Shown here in pieces: positions 35,775 through 47,819 of a DNA stretch of 64,000 bases (position 1 is the first letter of the stretch; each line of letters begins with the position of its first letter). The DNA is taken from positions 1,922,001 to 1,986,000 of the forward strand of contig SMSO01000036.1 in assembly GCA_004764695.1 (NCBI GenBank), given 5' to 3'. The stretch is from Schizochytrium sp. TIO01 (lineage: Eukaryota > Protista > Bigyra: Labyrinthulomycetes). A model generated the notes under the pieces. The model had not been told where the DNA came from. It did no database searches and saw only the letters and a program-made list of their open reading frames with translations. Made by a program: the position numbers and the translations under genes.

Positions 35775-36799
35775 CGCCGAAAGTGCAGCGCACCGACGCT
35801 GCTACCCACGTCGAGGCAATATGCTATATAAGTGCCACACAAGTCTGCTGCGACCCGACCAACGTGCCGCGAGTTGGCTTCGTGTTTGGGCGAATGTGGT
35901 AAGTCTCTGACAGCGGATAATTAAAAAATTAACGCCACTGTATGGATAATTCGACCACCTTCTCTTATCCTTTATATATAAAGGTTCCGTGACATTGGCT
36001 TAATTTTTATTTCGGGAGGAATCTGAGCAGGCATCTTAAATCCTGCTTGATGGATTGTTTGTCTATGCTTTTGTCTACAGATAGAGATCGAGAGTCCCAA
36101 AACTTTGTTCTTTTCTTTTCTTTTTCTTCAATTTAGAAGGATAAAAATCTTGAAAGGAAAAAGAATAGCAATTTTTTAATTATAGAGCTCCTATTCCAAA
36201 AGGCCAGGTTGACAGGTTGATATGTAGGCAATCAAAAGTCTTGAGGATATCGATGATCACGTGAGTGGGTGCTTCATTTTTCTACAGATAACTATGCCGC
36301 TAGCGCCTTAATGATGGGATTCAACGCCATGGTGTTCTCCACTTTTGCTGTCACACCACAAAAGAACTCATTTCGGTAGCGAGGAAAAAAATCTACAAAT
36401 CAACTCTGGCAGCATGGTGTTTGTAACTTTATATGTCTGGGTTTACTTTGTTTTAAAAATAGTGCGACTCTGCAAGGTGTTAGAAGGGACGTGCCGCTGA
36501 TTTATATTCACACTGTAATTTTTAATTTGGCTCATTGTCTCCTCTCGAATATACTGACACAAGATATTTCACATTACATAAGCAAGTTAAATACGAGAAG
36601 CTTTATTCTTGACAGAACAACTCTTCTCATTTTCATGTCAGTGATTTATTGTGACAACGGCGGCTTATCTTCTGAATGAAGAACTGTGTAAAATCTTAGG
36701 TTCGCAACCAATTTGAAGAACCATTTATGGCAAAGATCGTTCATACTCTTCCGTATGTTATTAAAGAAACAGACCTTTAAATGGCGATAGATCGGGCAT

Positions 36800-38370
36800 A
36801 GCAATCAAAACCTATGAAGAAGAACAACGATGGCTTTGAATAGCCTTATTAGGGTACGACGAGCAATGTGGCAAACTGATGCAAAGAGGTCACGCACCCT
36901 AGGAGGCAGTGCTTCAGGCGGAAAATTCGCAATACAACTCATTACTCAAGCAGCCAGCCATGTGAATACTTGCGTTGGCGTCGCGAAGTACATACCGGAG
37001 GTTGTGGCTACTCCAATAGAAGCTGCATTTTCACAATTTCTAGCGGTGCAAACAAATGTTCTGTCCAAGGTGGACGACTAGGGCAGTAGAGATGAACAAT
37101 AACTCTCGGAAGCAGGCAGGTCGTTTACAATCTGCACTTTTCCAACGAGGGTTGGAAAGTAGACTTTGAACCGGGCGCAGTAGTTGCTCAATCGATATGT
37201 GAAAGCGGGCTTCTCCCTCTGTGCAAACGTATCTACCCTCCGCCACATTTGAGACGAGCGTGCCGCTTCCTATTGTACGAGTGACACTTTACACAAGTGT
37301 TCTCATCGCGGAACTCTCTCATGAACTCCGCTTTTTCCTTTTCCTTGCAACTTCTTTCCTTTCCTTCCCTGCAATGCACACTCTGCCCAACTTCGCAATC
37401 GCATCAAAGGAACATCGTCTTGCACGCTCGCAGTGTCCTCCGCTGCTGCTGCAATCTGCAAACGTTCGAGTCCTCCGGTTTCCATCTTGTTTTGGGGTTT
37501 TGTTTCTTTCTACTTTAGAAAGAAGCAACTCGAATGAACTTGAGCCCAATATAAAAAAACAATTAAAATACTAACAACGAGAAGAGAGCGAAGAACTTCG
37601 AAGGAAAGAACGAAAGAACGAAAGAACGAAAGGAAAAGGTACCTTAAAGAGATTTCTTTCTTTTTTCTCGGGGGTCCCACCCAGTACCTTCATCCAATGT
37701 CCCACATGGTACCCAGCCATTTTCGAGGATAGTCCAGTGTCCAGGAGGATGGGAGCGAGATGAGTCCAGCACATTCTCACGTGATCATCGTGCCACAAGT
37801 CACACCGCTCTCTGGTGCTCACAGCCAATCGGCCTTCAAGGCCGACCCACGTCTCGCGCCAGTTTCCACTCCTTTCCGTTCCGTCTCTTCTTTTCTGGCC
37901 CCTCTTCCTGTCAGAAAGGCCTTCGTTCGACTCGAGCAGAGGCTCCCGACCTTGAGTCAAGTCCGCGAGGGCTTTCATCCTCGAAGACCTCGGGGCCTAA
38001 ACTTGGGAACAACTTGCCAAACAAACTGTTCTCGAGTTCCCAGGGTACGTAGCTCCTCAAAGCTTAGCTCGAGATACGGCACCAAACGAAGAGTGCCGTG
38101 TCTTGAAATGCCATTCATGTCATACCGTGTCATACGAGATGACCACTTGACCCCGATTGACTAGCGAAACGAGTCCTTGTGTCACATGCTCTGGTCCTCC
38201 TGTGCCATGCGAAGCGCCCACCACGCGAGGCAACCATCTGCTGTGTTGGCCACGCTCGTCTTGCCCAGGCATGATCAAACCCATCTTCGAGTGTCTGACA
38301 CAGAGCCTCCAATCTCCACTCCAAGAAGCCTGCGCAAGGTCCTTCACATCGCGCATGTCCTTGTCTCATT
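36800..38370 (-). pseudogene. Possible degraded or spliced gene remnant (unidentified)
   Basis: Protein-like ORF pieces (38120-38356, 37571-37978, 37303-37485) and a donor-like AAG|GTACCT at ~37640 followed by a pyrimidine tract. Includes a Cys-rich piece CVKCHSYNRKRHARLKCG. Frames are interrupted. Confidence 0.25.
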
Positions 38371-39076
38371 CAGCGGCACGTGCACACGCGCTGGCATGGT
38401 ATAACCTATAGTATCGTACAGTAGACTATACTGCCTTTAAATGGGTTATCTGGAGCCTCTATAGTAGGCCATTTGCGCTTTATTGTCGTTGTCGATGAGG
38501 GGACAGCGCCGGTAGATAGACTCCCAGGCTCAGCAAGTATCTGAGGTAGCTAGACGGACAAACCAAGGTCCTGCTGCAGCGTGATGAAGCTCTTCCTTGC
38601 CGTTTCTTGCAACTGGGTTTCACGGGTAATGATCTTTCCCGCTGCCAGGTTGTAATGGTGGGTCATGGAAAGTGCGATGCGCAGCATTCAGTTGGTTTAG
38701 TTTTCTAAAAGAATAAAAAGATTGACTCACTTTTTCTTTTTCCTCCGTTACTATTTACTGTTTACTCTTTTTTCTCACGACGAGGTAGGAAGGTACTAGT
38801 CACCTACCTAACTAATACTTTGAACATTCACGGTAGTGCCAGTAGTAGTACCTGGTACACAACTAAACTTGTAAAGAGCAACGGAGATAATACAATAATA
38901 TATGAATTAAGAAGCAGGTACTTTTGTGGACACGTATTTGTAAAGCAGGTCCGCCAAAGAGCAATCGATCGGCCGATCGATCGGCCGGTCGGTGCAGCAG
39001 TTGCAGTTTTGGCGAAGGCTTGACCTTGCGGCGCCAATACGTCTGTAAGGAGCAGTCCCACGCTCACTGAGGAAAG

Positions 39077-42000
39077 ATGCCTCTTGGAGCACTTGCTTTG
39101 GCACGGCGCACGCACGTGCCGGCAGGCCAGGCTGAGGATGAGGTAACTCGTGTCGAAGGACAGAATAACACTAGCACGACCGGGCTCATGGCGCTTAATG
39201 TGGAGCAAGAGATATGGGAGAACCAAGTCTCTGTGGTACGTTTGCGAATGGCTTTGCGCGGCGTGGATGGATGGGTCCTGACAGGTGCAGGTAGCGAAGA
39301 GTATATTTTCGTTTGAGTTTTGGGGTCTTTTCAAAATGATTAAAGAGTCATGTGAACTGGAGACTAGCGACATCTTGCTAAGCACACCCACGTGCATTTC
39401 TTGAAAATTGGGATAAATATTGCGGTACTTGTAGAGTTTCCGTAAAAGATTTATCAAAATAAGTAAGGAGTATAGGTTTCCATTGCACATGAAAGTCAAG
39501 ACTAACGAGACAGTTATTTTAACCTTGGGAATGGATTGCGGGAATAACAGGAAGACGAGTCCTACCAGCAGGATAGCCAACAACATCATCAACGCTCTCT
39601 TACATCATCAGTGGAGGATCGTGAGGCATCTGCAGCAAAGTTATGGACTACAACTGATGCCGAGCGACCTGCCTTCTCTGATAGGAATGGAGAGGTCTCT
39701 TTACTTCACCCAGAAATGACTCATGTCCCTAGCGGATGGCAGGCATGCGGGCCCTTCCTTGTAGACAAAGTTGGTGATGAAAACGGTTGGTTTTACGGTT
39801 CATCATTTGCTGGGTTGGATGCAGACTACGCTGAAGGCAATTGTAGAGCAAAGGAGCGCAGCCGTGACACGTACAGACGCCGTCGATGGTACCGAGAGAT
39901 TAAGCCAACAGCAAGATTAGATGCCTTGGACTCGGCCAACACCCCAGTGTGCGAGGGTTGGTTAGGTGTACGGTCGAACTCTAAGCTCCTTGTTAACCGG
40001 TCAGAGTGGAGATCCCGCTATTGCGTGATTTGGGCGGGTATACCCAAATCGCCATCAATAGGAGGAACTCTTGACTCACCAACATCGCCACGTTCACCGA
40101 GTAGTTCACATAGTAGCAATAGTGACGGTACACATGGTCGGAGTCCTCACGTCGAAGATCCCGTTGTGGAGTCAGAGAGCAACACCAGTGACTATGTCTC
40201 TGAGTCAGGGTGCAGAAAGACAAAAGAGGCAGCACACGCCAAGGGGCATAAACAGACATCGAGCTCTAAAGAGACTCGTATCTGGCAAAGAGGCAAGTTT
40301 CCTCACTTGCACAAGCCTCGCTCACCAATCACAGAGCTGAAAGATATGTGCAACAGCCCCCTTTTTGTCCATTATAAGTCCAAGTCCCTAGCAGAAGAAA
40401 CATCAAGAGTTGCTGTCATGAGTCGGATCGAGAGCGAGGAAACTGAGAGCAAGAATAGCCACCACGGTGTCCACTTGTCATCATCAATTACCTCTTCATC
40501 AAAACACGCATTTCGTCATTTGGCAGCTCACGAGGAGCCAAAAAGTGATTCTCAAGATGTAGCCTGGCTTGTCTTAAACTCGTCCTGTATTGTGGACGAT
40601 ACTATTGCGTCGGCAGAGCACCCAGGATATTTTGCGATTCACTATTCCCGTAAGCACGTTCAGGTTTTGAACGCCGGAAGCTCTGCTAAACGCCTCGTTT
40701 GGATTGACGCTTTGCGGCGTATTCTTGCAGCAGTTAATCCATGGCTTACCTCAACAGCAGTTGTTCGTAAGCCTCAAACCAAGCATGGTCTCTCCTTTCG
40801 CAAGTTCAAAACTCCCACGCGTCTGGTGCTTGATCAAGATGAAGATGAAGAGGAAGCAACGCGCATTGGCTCAGATAGTAAGCCGCGACTATCCTCAAGC
40901 AACTTGCTTTTTTCATCAAAATCTACTCGTTATACTGCTTCGTTTCTCTCTGGATCTGGTTCAAGGCGGTCAACTACGAACCTTTCTTCTGGAACCGAAG
41001 TTGAAAAATATTCTCAGCATCATGGTCTTGTGGCTCACCCGCCTCCTCTCTCAACACCATCAACAGTCCACTCGTCAGTTGGATCTCAAAAGTCTGGATT
41101 TAATCAGAGAATTTTTCGTTCCAAGTCATCAGGTACATCTTCGCGCAAGTCTCCATCTTCTATGCTTTCAGGGAAAAGCTCCTCTGGAAACTTTTTCCCA
41201 AGCTCTCGAAGTTTTTCCACTTTGTCAAGATCCGATTCAGCAGGAACTGATTCGTCGTCTGCTATCCAGAGCCCTCGAAGTGAAGATGGTACCCGAAGCC
41301 TTTCTAAGTTTGGAGCTCGTAACTCAGCATATGACGATGATTTTCTTACTTTGAGTGGTCAGCAACCACGTCGACGAATGCGATCGTTTAGTCGTCGGTT
41401 CAAAGCTTCTTTGCAAAAAGCCCAGCCAAATATGCATAGACGTTCAAGTTTGGAAAGCCGTACTCAAGATGGTACCAACCCGTCGCAGCAAGACAACAGT
41501 TTTCATTGGAAAGTTAAACATTCTTATTTGAGACGATCCTTGTCTCAGGCTGAGTATGAACAAGACAATATGAATAAACATGGAAAACCTACATTGCCTA
41601 CGCAAACAGAGTCTACAAGACTGCAGGCTCAAGATAGTGATCCACTTCGGTTCCGGCGTTATTTGACTAGCTCAGATGCCTCTGACTCCCGAACAAGTTG
41701 GTTTGGATCCTTTCTGACCAGAAGCGAGTCTTCTCAGCCCTCCAAAGGACCCCTCGATGAAACCTTCGAGCCACTGATCCTTCGAACAGCATCGTTGGGC
41801 CACAAGCGAAGCCACGAACATGAAGGAACCTCCATGCAGAGATCCGCTTCAGCGGTTGACCTTAACGAGACCGATCCCGATAACTTACCTGTGGGTGACC
41901 ATGCAAGTGAACATTACCAGAGCAGCAGGAGCAGTGCAAGTCTAGAAATGAGTAGCCATGGTAGTAGTGGACATCAGCGGATGGATTTTCCTCATGGTGA

Positions 42001-42625
42001 AAAATCGTCTCTACTATCATTTGCTGTGGACTGCCCGTCAGTATCGTCAACCCGAGATGTTCTGATTCTCAGACAGAAAACTGGGTTAGGGCTTTCGATT
42101 CGCCAAGACGTGGCTGCCGGTACGGTGGTGCTAAACAAACTTGAGGCCTTTACGAAAGTCTCAGAGAGCAGTGCGCTCCCTTGTGTTGGAGACCGGATTC
42201 TTTCAATCAATGATCAGTCTGTGTTCACAGCACAAGACGTCGTAAATGCTGTGCAGCAAATTGAAGAAGGGACATGGGTACACGTGCGTCTACAAGGGCC
42301 AATTGCGTGCAGATCCTTGTCCGAGGAAGAGAAGACTCTTGAGATTTTTGAACTTTTCGCAATAGCAATTGATGAGCTTTTCTCCAGTCTTTCTGATGCA
42401 GAAAACTCTGGCAAGGACCTGGGTTCTCCTTTAGCGCTCTCATACGTTGATCTACAAGCATTTTTATGCAATGTACTAGGTGTCCCATCAACAATGGCAT
42501 CTACTGCGGTGTGGCGTCGATGGTTTCGCGACAAGCTGGATCGCTTTTTCATGGATAACCAAGACCTCTACATCATCACTGGAGTGGATCCTGATACTCT
42601 TTCTGCCGTGGTTCAGCGACGCTGA
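39077..42625 (+). CDS. DysF (peroxin/ferlin) + split PH + PDZ domain protein; probable exons 39077-39235 and 39551-42625
   Basis: DysF: EQEIWENQ (exon 1) and GWFYGSSF...RRRRWYR. PH: EGWLGVRS...WRSRYCVI...WIDALRRIL. PDZ: GLGLSIR...GDRILSINDQSV. Donor GTACGT 39236, acceptor ACAG ending 39550, phase 0. Confidence 0.8.
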
Positions 42626-43171
42626 TATCTTGCTAGGGCCACTTCTTGTATTTTACTGGTCTCTTGCACATTAAAGGCTTGTTGCTCATTATTCTAATTT
42701 ATTTTTGACAAATGTTTTATTCTCTTCAATTCTTATGTTCAAGAATAGAATTACCTGACCACGATCTTCGTCTTAAGGTGGTGATGTGCTATGGAGCCCA
42801 TTTTTCATTACACCTTTACTAAATTTTTATCGTAACTCTACTGAAGGTAAAATAATTGAGAATAAGTTCTTGTGAGAATAAGTTTGAGTTTAAATAAGGT
42901 GTTCCGAGCACCTTTTCTTACGTAGAGTTAGCTGCCCAGCTTCGCACGATTAGTTTCTGCGCGACACTTAGGGCCATGGTTGAAACCACCTATGTGTCAA
43001 TGCTGCCGGGGTAGCTCCAAATCAAGATGGTAATACTTTGAATCAAGATGTTTTCTAGATTTTTATAAGCAACTATGGACGCAGTATAGCGTTGGAAAAA
43101 GTCAAGTCAACGAGTATGCTCGAGACAGTGCAGAGGGAAAATACGGCCTATTAGTTAACGAGCATAGTAAT

Positions 43172-45972
43172 TTAGAAGTACGGTTCCACCTTCTCACTGA
43201 TAAAGACCTCTTCGGTCGTGTCCATAACCTCATACTCGTCGTCATCGTCGGGAGAAGCAAGACCAAGGCGAACACGTTCGGCCTGGGCCACGAGGAACTC
43301 CTTGTGACGCTCCTCGCAGAGCTCGCGGAACTCCTGGAGAGCGCTGATCTTCTCCTTGTTGGCAGCGGCCTCGAGGCGCTTGCGGCGGACCTCGTCCTCC
43401 TTGCCGAAGCGAGCCATGTAGCTCTTGAGGCCACGCTCGACCTTCTGGACCTCCTCCTCATCAAGGAGAGTCTTGGGACGCGGGCGCCAGAGGAACTGTG
43501 TATTATCATCATCCAAAGCGGATCAAGCATCAGGAAGTTAGTTAGTTATTGCCATTGTTCAAACCAGAAATAATTCGTCTTATCCAATCCAGCCCTTCCC
43601 CCCATCAAAATAACAATAATCAAACGCTGTTCCTTTCATTTCAGGAGGATGAATGAACCAGTGAATGTTTGCTCAGCCGCACGCGAGATACCATAAGGAT
43701 ATGTGGTGAGCTCCCTACGAAACCCCACTCTCAGACCGCTGCAAATCACGGTGTGGAGTGCCCGGCATGATGCACAAGATTTTAATGTTCGCTGCCTTCT
43801 ATACCCGTGGCAAGTAGCTATCGCGTAAACGATATTTTCTTTGCCAAAGGCTGTTGGGGCTGCGAGTCTCTCTGCCTTAAAAAAAAATAACGGGCCCTTT
43901 CGATGTCTACGCAAGGATGGATAACTAGACGGGCCACTCCAGGATACAATATAATCTACCCCCCTCTCCCCCCGCCCCACCCTCGTTTACAACAGATTGG
44001 ATAAAGACTAAGCTACCGCCATCATCGTCACCACAGGGGCGCTGCTACCACCATCGTCATAGAATCTATTAATCGCAGCAACAGTAGCAACTTGCTCGAC
44101 TGCATACTCAAACGGTTCTATTGTTATAATTGATGGGGGCGAACGAGCGACGTCGAAAGATGCGGAATAGATATTAAAAAAACGTACCTGGTAAAAGTGC
44201 TCCATCTTCTCCTTGCGGAGGGAGTCACCCTGGAAGCTCCACAAGTTGTATCCGTTCTCAAGCTGGTACTTCATGGCCACGGATCCAAACATGGGCTGTG
44301 TGACGATGGTGGCAACCATGCGTCCAGAGGGGTCCCATGAAATTTCGTTGCACATGAAGTGCTCCTCAGCAGCGGTCATAACCTCCTCATCGACATCCCA
44401 GAACTCGATCTCACCAGAGATCGCGCTGCCGGCGAAGATGACGTTGTTACCGGCCGGGGACCAGTGAAGGACGTTGAAGGCCTTGTTAGGGATGTGGTAC
44501 AGAAGCTCGATCTTCTTACCGTCCTTGATGGATCCGGCAGTGTAGAACGAGATGCCGAGGCGGTGCTGGCTCTCGCCGTGGATAATACCGAAGCGCTCGC
44601 GGTTCGGCTCCCAGGAAAAGTGCTCAACCATGTCCTTCATGGAGAGCATCTCGTTGGGAATATCGTTATCGCGCATGCGGAAGAACTCAAAGTTGGTGAA
44701 AGTGGTCTTTCCGCTCTTGGTGTGTCTGAGGACCTGTGCACAGAGGAAGTCTCCAGCGTTCTGCCAGTGCAACTTAACCTCTCTGACATTGAACAAGTTC
44801 TTGGATCTCTTCTCCTCGCGGGTCTCCGGGTCAAGGAGCACAACACGTGCAGGGAAGTTATCTGCCTCGGGGGCCCAGTATGCAATGATGTTGTCGCTCG
44901 AGGACCAGTAGAATTCGCGGATGTTCTTTGCCTTGATGGGCTTCTTCTCCAACAACCTTCCGGTAGAGGCATCAAACACACTGATTCCATCTCTGATCTG
45001 TCTGGCAAAGTACTTATCGTCTGCGCCCCACTTCATCACAGGCCACACGGCGGGCTCTCCGTCAGGCTGCTTGTCAACCTTGAAGCACTTAATCTCCTTT
45101 CCGGTGCGCACGTTCCAGGCAATGAGGGCTCTTGCGTTGGTGTTGTCATCGACTCCGTTCCAGGTCAAGATGTACTTCTCGTTGGGCGAGAAGAGGATAT
45201 GCTGCACACCAGGGTGGGCGAAACGTCTGATGCGCTGGAAGTCGTCACCACCCCAGAGCACAATACCCTGCCTGTGGAATGTGGTCAAGTAGGATCCCTG
45301 CGGCGACCATGCAGTGTACATCTCACACCAGATCTTCCCGTTGCGGCGCTCGCGCTCTCCATCGTAGACAAGAGTGGGCTGTGCGTTCATGACAGCGTTC
45401 TCGCACCAGTAAATCTCCGTGTTGTTACCGTGGCGGAGCAGGTACTGGTCACGGAGTGCAGGGTGCATCATCCATGACTTGAGGTTGGCGGCGGGCTTGT
45501 ACTCAGGGAGCTCAGGCTCCTGGTACTGCTCGGGCCAGGTTGCGAACTTCTCCAGGTCTGTGTACGGGAAGAGCTTGCATGTGTGCTTGGAGTCGAGCTT
45601 AATACCATCAAGGACCTTGATTGCCTGAAGGGCGCTGTCCACGGACTTGTACGCGAGGAAGGCAAATCCAAGAGTCTTGTTGTCAGCATCAGAGGGAAGG
45701 TACAGACCGTCATCCTGGAGATCGCCGACCTTTCCAGTGAAGAGCTTGCGGATAACAGCCTCGAGCTTCTCGTGCTTCTCCTGGGGCACGCCCTTGGGAA
45801 GGTTGTCCACGACCACCACGCAGTCGAAGTTCTTGCTCAGGTCTGCGCCCTCGCCCTCCTCCTCGGCGAAAACGCGGTCAGTGTCAACATCGCCGTCGGA
45901 GATGTAGTCCTCAAGGAGGTCAAGCTCCTCGAGGTCCACATCGAGGTTCGAGTAGTCGAAGTCGATGGGCAT
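43172..45972 (-). CDS. EIF3B: Eukaryotic translation initiation factor 3 subunit B; exons 45972-44188 and 43495-43172
   Basis: RRM (VVVDNLP...TLGFAFLAY) and beta-propeller (WSPQGSYLTTFHRQGIVLWGG, WDPSGR). HFYQ|FLWRPRP is rejoined across a 692-nt GTACGT...ACAG intron. Strong codon bias. Confidence 0.95.
43663..43775 (-). ncRNA. Second intronic snoRNA-like element (class uncertain)
   Basis: Two hairpins (CACUC/GAGUG; GCUCA/UGAGC) and a terminal ACA at 43668-43666. A 10-nt antisense to conserved 18S GCCGCACGCG (43676-43685) runs into CUGA. Confidence 0.35.
43783..43945 (-). ncRNA. Intronic box H/ACA snoRNA predicted to guide 18S rRNA pseudouridylation
   Basis: 3' hairpin: lower stem UCGCAGCC/GGCAGCGA, upper stems GCCU/GGGU and UGGCAA/UUGCCA. 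Pocket strands CCAACA and AUAGAA. ACA (43788-43786) lies 14 nt from the pocket top. The pocket matches conserved 18S UUCUAU-UU-UGUUGG. A 5' hairpin (GGCCC/GGGCC, GUCUA/UAGAC) is present; the H box is imperfect. Confidence 0.7.
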
Positions 45973-47042
45973 TGTGCTTGGCCTTGCTTCGGTCAAGCTC
46001 TGTTTGTAGTCTAATGAAGACGGAGATGAAGCGAATACGCTCCTCTCAACCGTGAACCGAGCGAAGGGGAGATGAAGCAACCAGAAACGACGACGCTACC
46101 ACTACTTCTCTGCAGTCTCTTGCTCTCCGCACGCGAAGAGAAGGGACGGCCACGAGGAAAGAGACTGCCTAATAATCAATCGATCGATCGATCGAGCAGC
46201 AGCCTAATCACTCAATCTCTCCCTCAATCTCTTTATCACCCATATTCTCCAATACATGGATAGAGACTCTCTTTCTACAGTTAGTTAGTCAACTACTTAC
46301 CCGCCTACCACCCACCTACCCAATACGCTAACCAACTAGCACCCGTAGCCACTGCTTACTGCCCATAGCCAATCGACGGCCATCGAAAGAACAGCAACAT
46401 TCACGAATCGAAGGTAACTCGTCAGGATCGCACGAGCTGCAGAATAAATGACGATTGAAGCGCGAGAGAGTGAGGAAGCTTCAGTTTGGAACACAGTCAG
46501 TTATCATACTCGCAAACTACTTACCCAGCTACTTGCTACTCGTGTGCCACTTGTTGCTTCACATGCTTCGAAAGCAAGGCAAAAAGAAAGAACATCATCG
46601 CTCATAATCACATCTTAAGTAAACAAGAACAGAACGGTGGCTCTAAATTAGCGCGCAGAGCCCGCCTTGACGCAGAGCAAACGCGGTGTCAGAGGTGCGA
46701 AGGGGAGGGGACAACCATCTACGTGAAGCTGCACACAAAGGACCTCCACAGCAGCATTATCTGCCTGTCAGCAGCGCGACTATTGCTCATCTCGCCTCGC
46801 AATTCGGAGACATCAAATCAAGAAACGTGCCTTCTCATCAATGCATAAGTCGTCGTTGGCCCAAGGACACTCCTAACTTTTAGTATAGATGCTTATTAAC
46901 CAAGCCCTCTTACCAGGGAGCCTAGCAGAGGACCTAGAAAGCTGCAAGCCGCCCAATCTCTGCGTCACTTTATTATCGAAGTTACCCTAGTTGAGGCTAA
47001 ATTATATTACTACAAAGTAATTTAGATATGGAGTTACTTTAT

Positions 47043-47292
47043 AATCCGGCGCAAAGAGGCGCCGATTCACTAAGAGGTGAGAGAGCTCTTATGTGGCACC
47101 TAGGGGAAACCTGTCACCACATATACAAGGAGAATGAATAAGTAGTCCCTGCGTTCCCTCATGCCATGGAACTCTTTGTGTAAGGTTCGTTAAGTACATT
47201 AGCAGGAAAGGACAACATGCTCGTGCATGTCTGTAGTTACGAATAGGCTAGGAGGACCAAAGGCTTGGTCGTACTCATGTGAGCTAAATTCG
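47043..47292 (+). ncRNA. Intergenic hairpin array, probable box H/ACA snoRNA(s)
   Basis: Hairpin CCTGC 47148-47152 / GCAGG 47202-47206, then an ANANNA H box AAAGGA 47207-47212 and a second hairpin (GCTC/GAGC, TACGA/TCGTA). Loop strands are complementary to conserved LSU rRNA segments. Additional stems lie at 47043-47123. Confidence 0.5.
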
Positions 47293-47819
47293 TCTTCTTT
47301 CAATTTGGTCTCGTACGTATTTTATTAGTGTATTTCTTCAAACTTGATAAACTTCGGGCTATAATTCATGAATTTTCAGGTATATTGTGGCAAAATTTGA
47401 TCTTCGCTTACAATCTAAAGAAAATCCTGCAGCAAATGTGTCAAGGAATTTCATATTTTGACAAATACCAGCTACACCGTGTATGGACCTTGAGAGATGT
47501 AGTATCTACTAGAAGAAGGAGCTTGAAGTTAATCAATGATTTGACATAGTACACGAAATCATTCGCATGACCGTCTGTAAGGCATGGCTGGCTTGTAAGA
47601 CATCTAACGAAGATAGCCACTACCATTTCGGAAACCTTTACATAATGAATGACAAATTCTATTTGTTGAAGAGAAACTTAAATCTAAGCTTTTTAGGGAG
47701 GAGTTAAAAAAAAAAAAAGAATGCAGAAGATATCTTCGATCATGCGGTTGTCCTTGTTACAAGATTATCTTTCATCATACATGTAATATCGCACTGTGCA
47801 AGGTTGTACTGAAATCCCA

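Noticed and set aside
38828-39592. 254-aa hydrophobic minus-strand ORF
   Set aside because: It is antisense to the promoter, exon 1 and intron of the DysF gene and has no recognisable motif.
43663-43720. U17/snR30 identity (CAUAUCCU resembles m1)
   Set aside because: The m2 motif AAACCAU is absent.
44008-44187. eIF3b ORF read-through to 44008 as the real C-terminus
   Set aside because: A canonical donor at 44187 restores the conserved FYQ-FLWRPRP with the downstream exon.
44359-45477. 372-aa antisense ORF (also 55362-56084 and similar)
   Set aside because: Shadow ORFs caused by strong codon bias in eIF3b and TM9SF.
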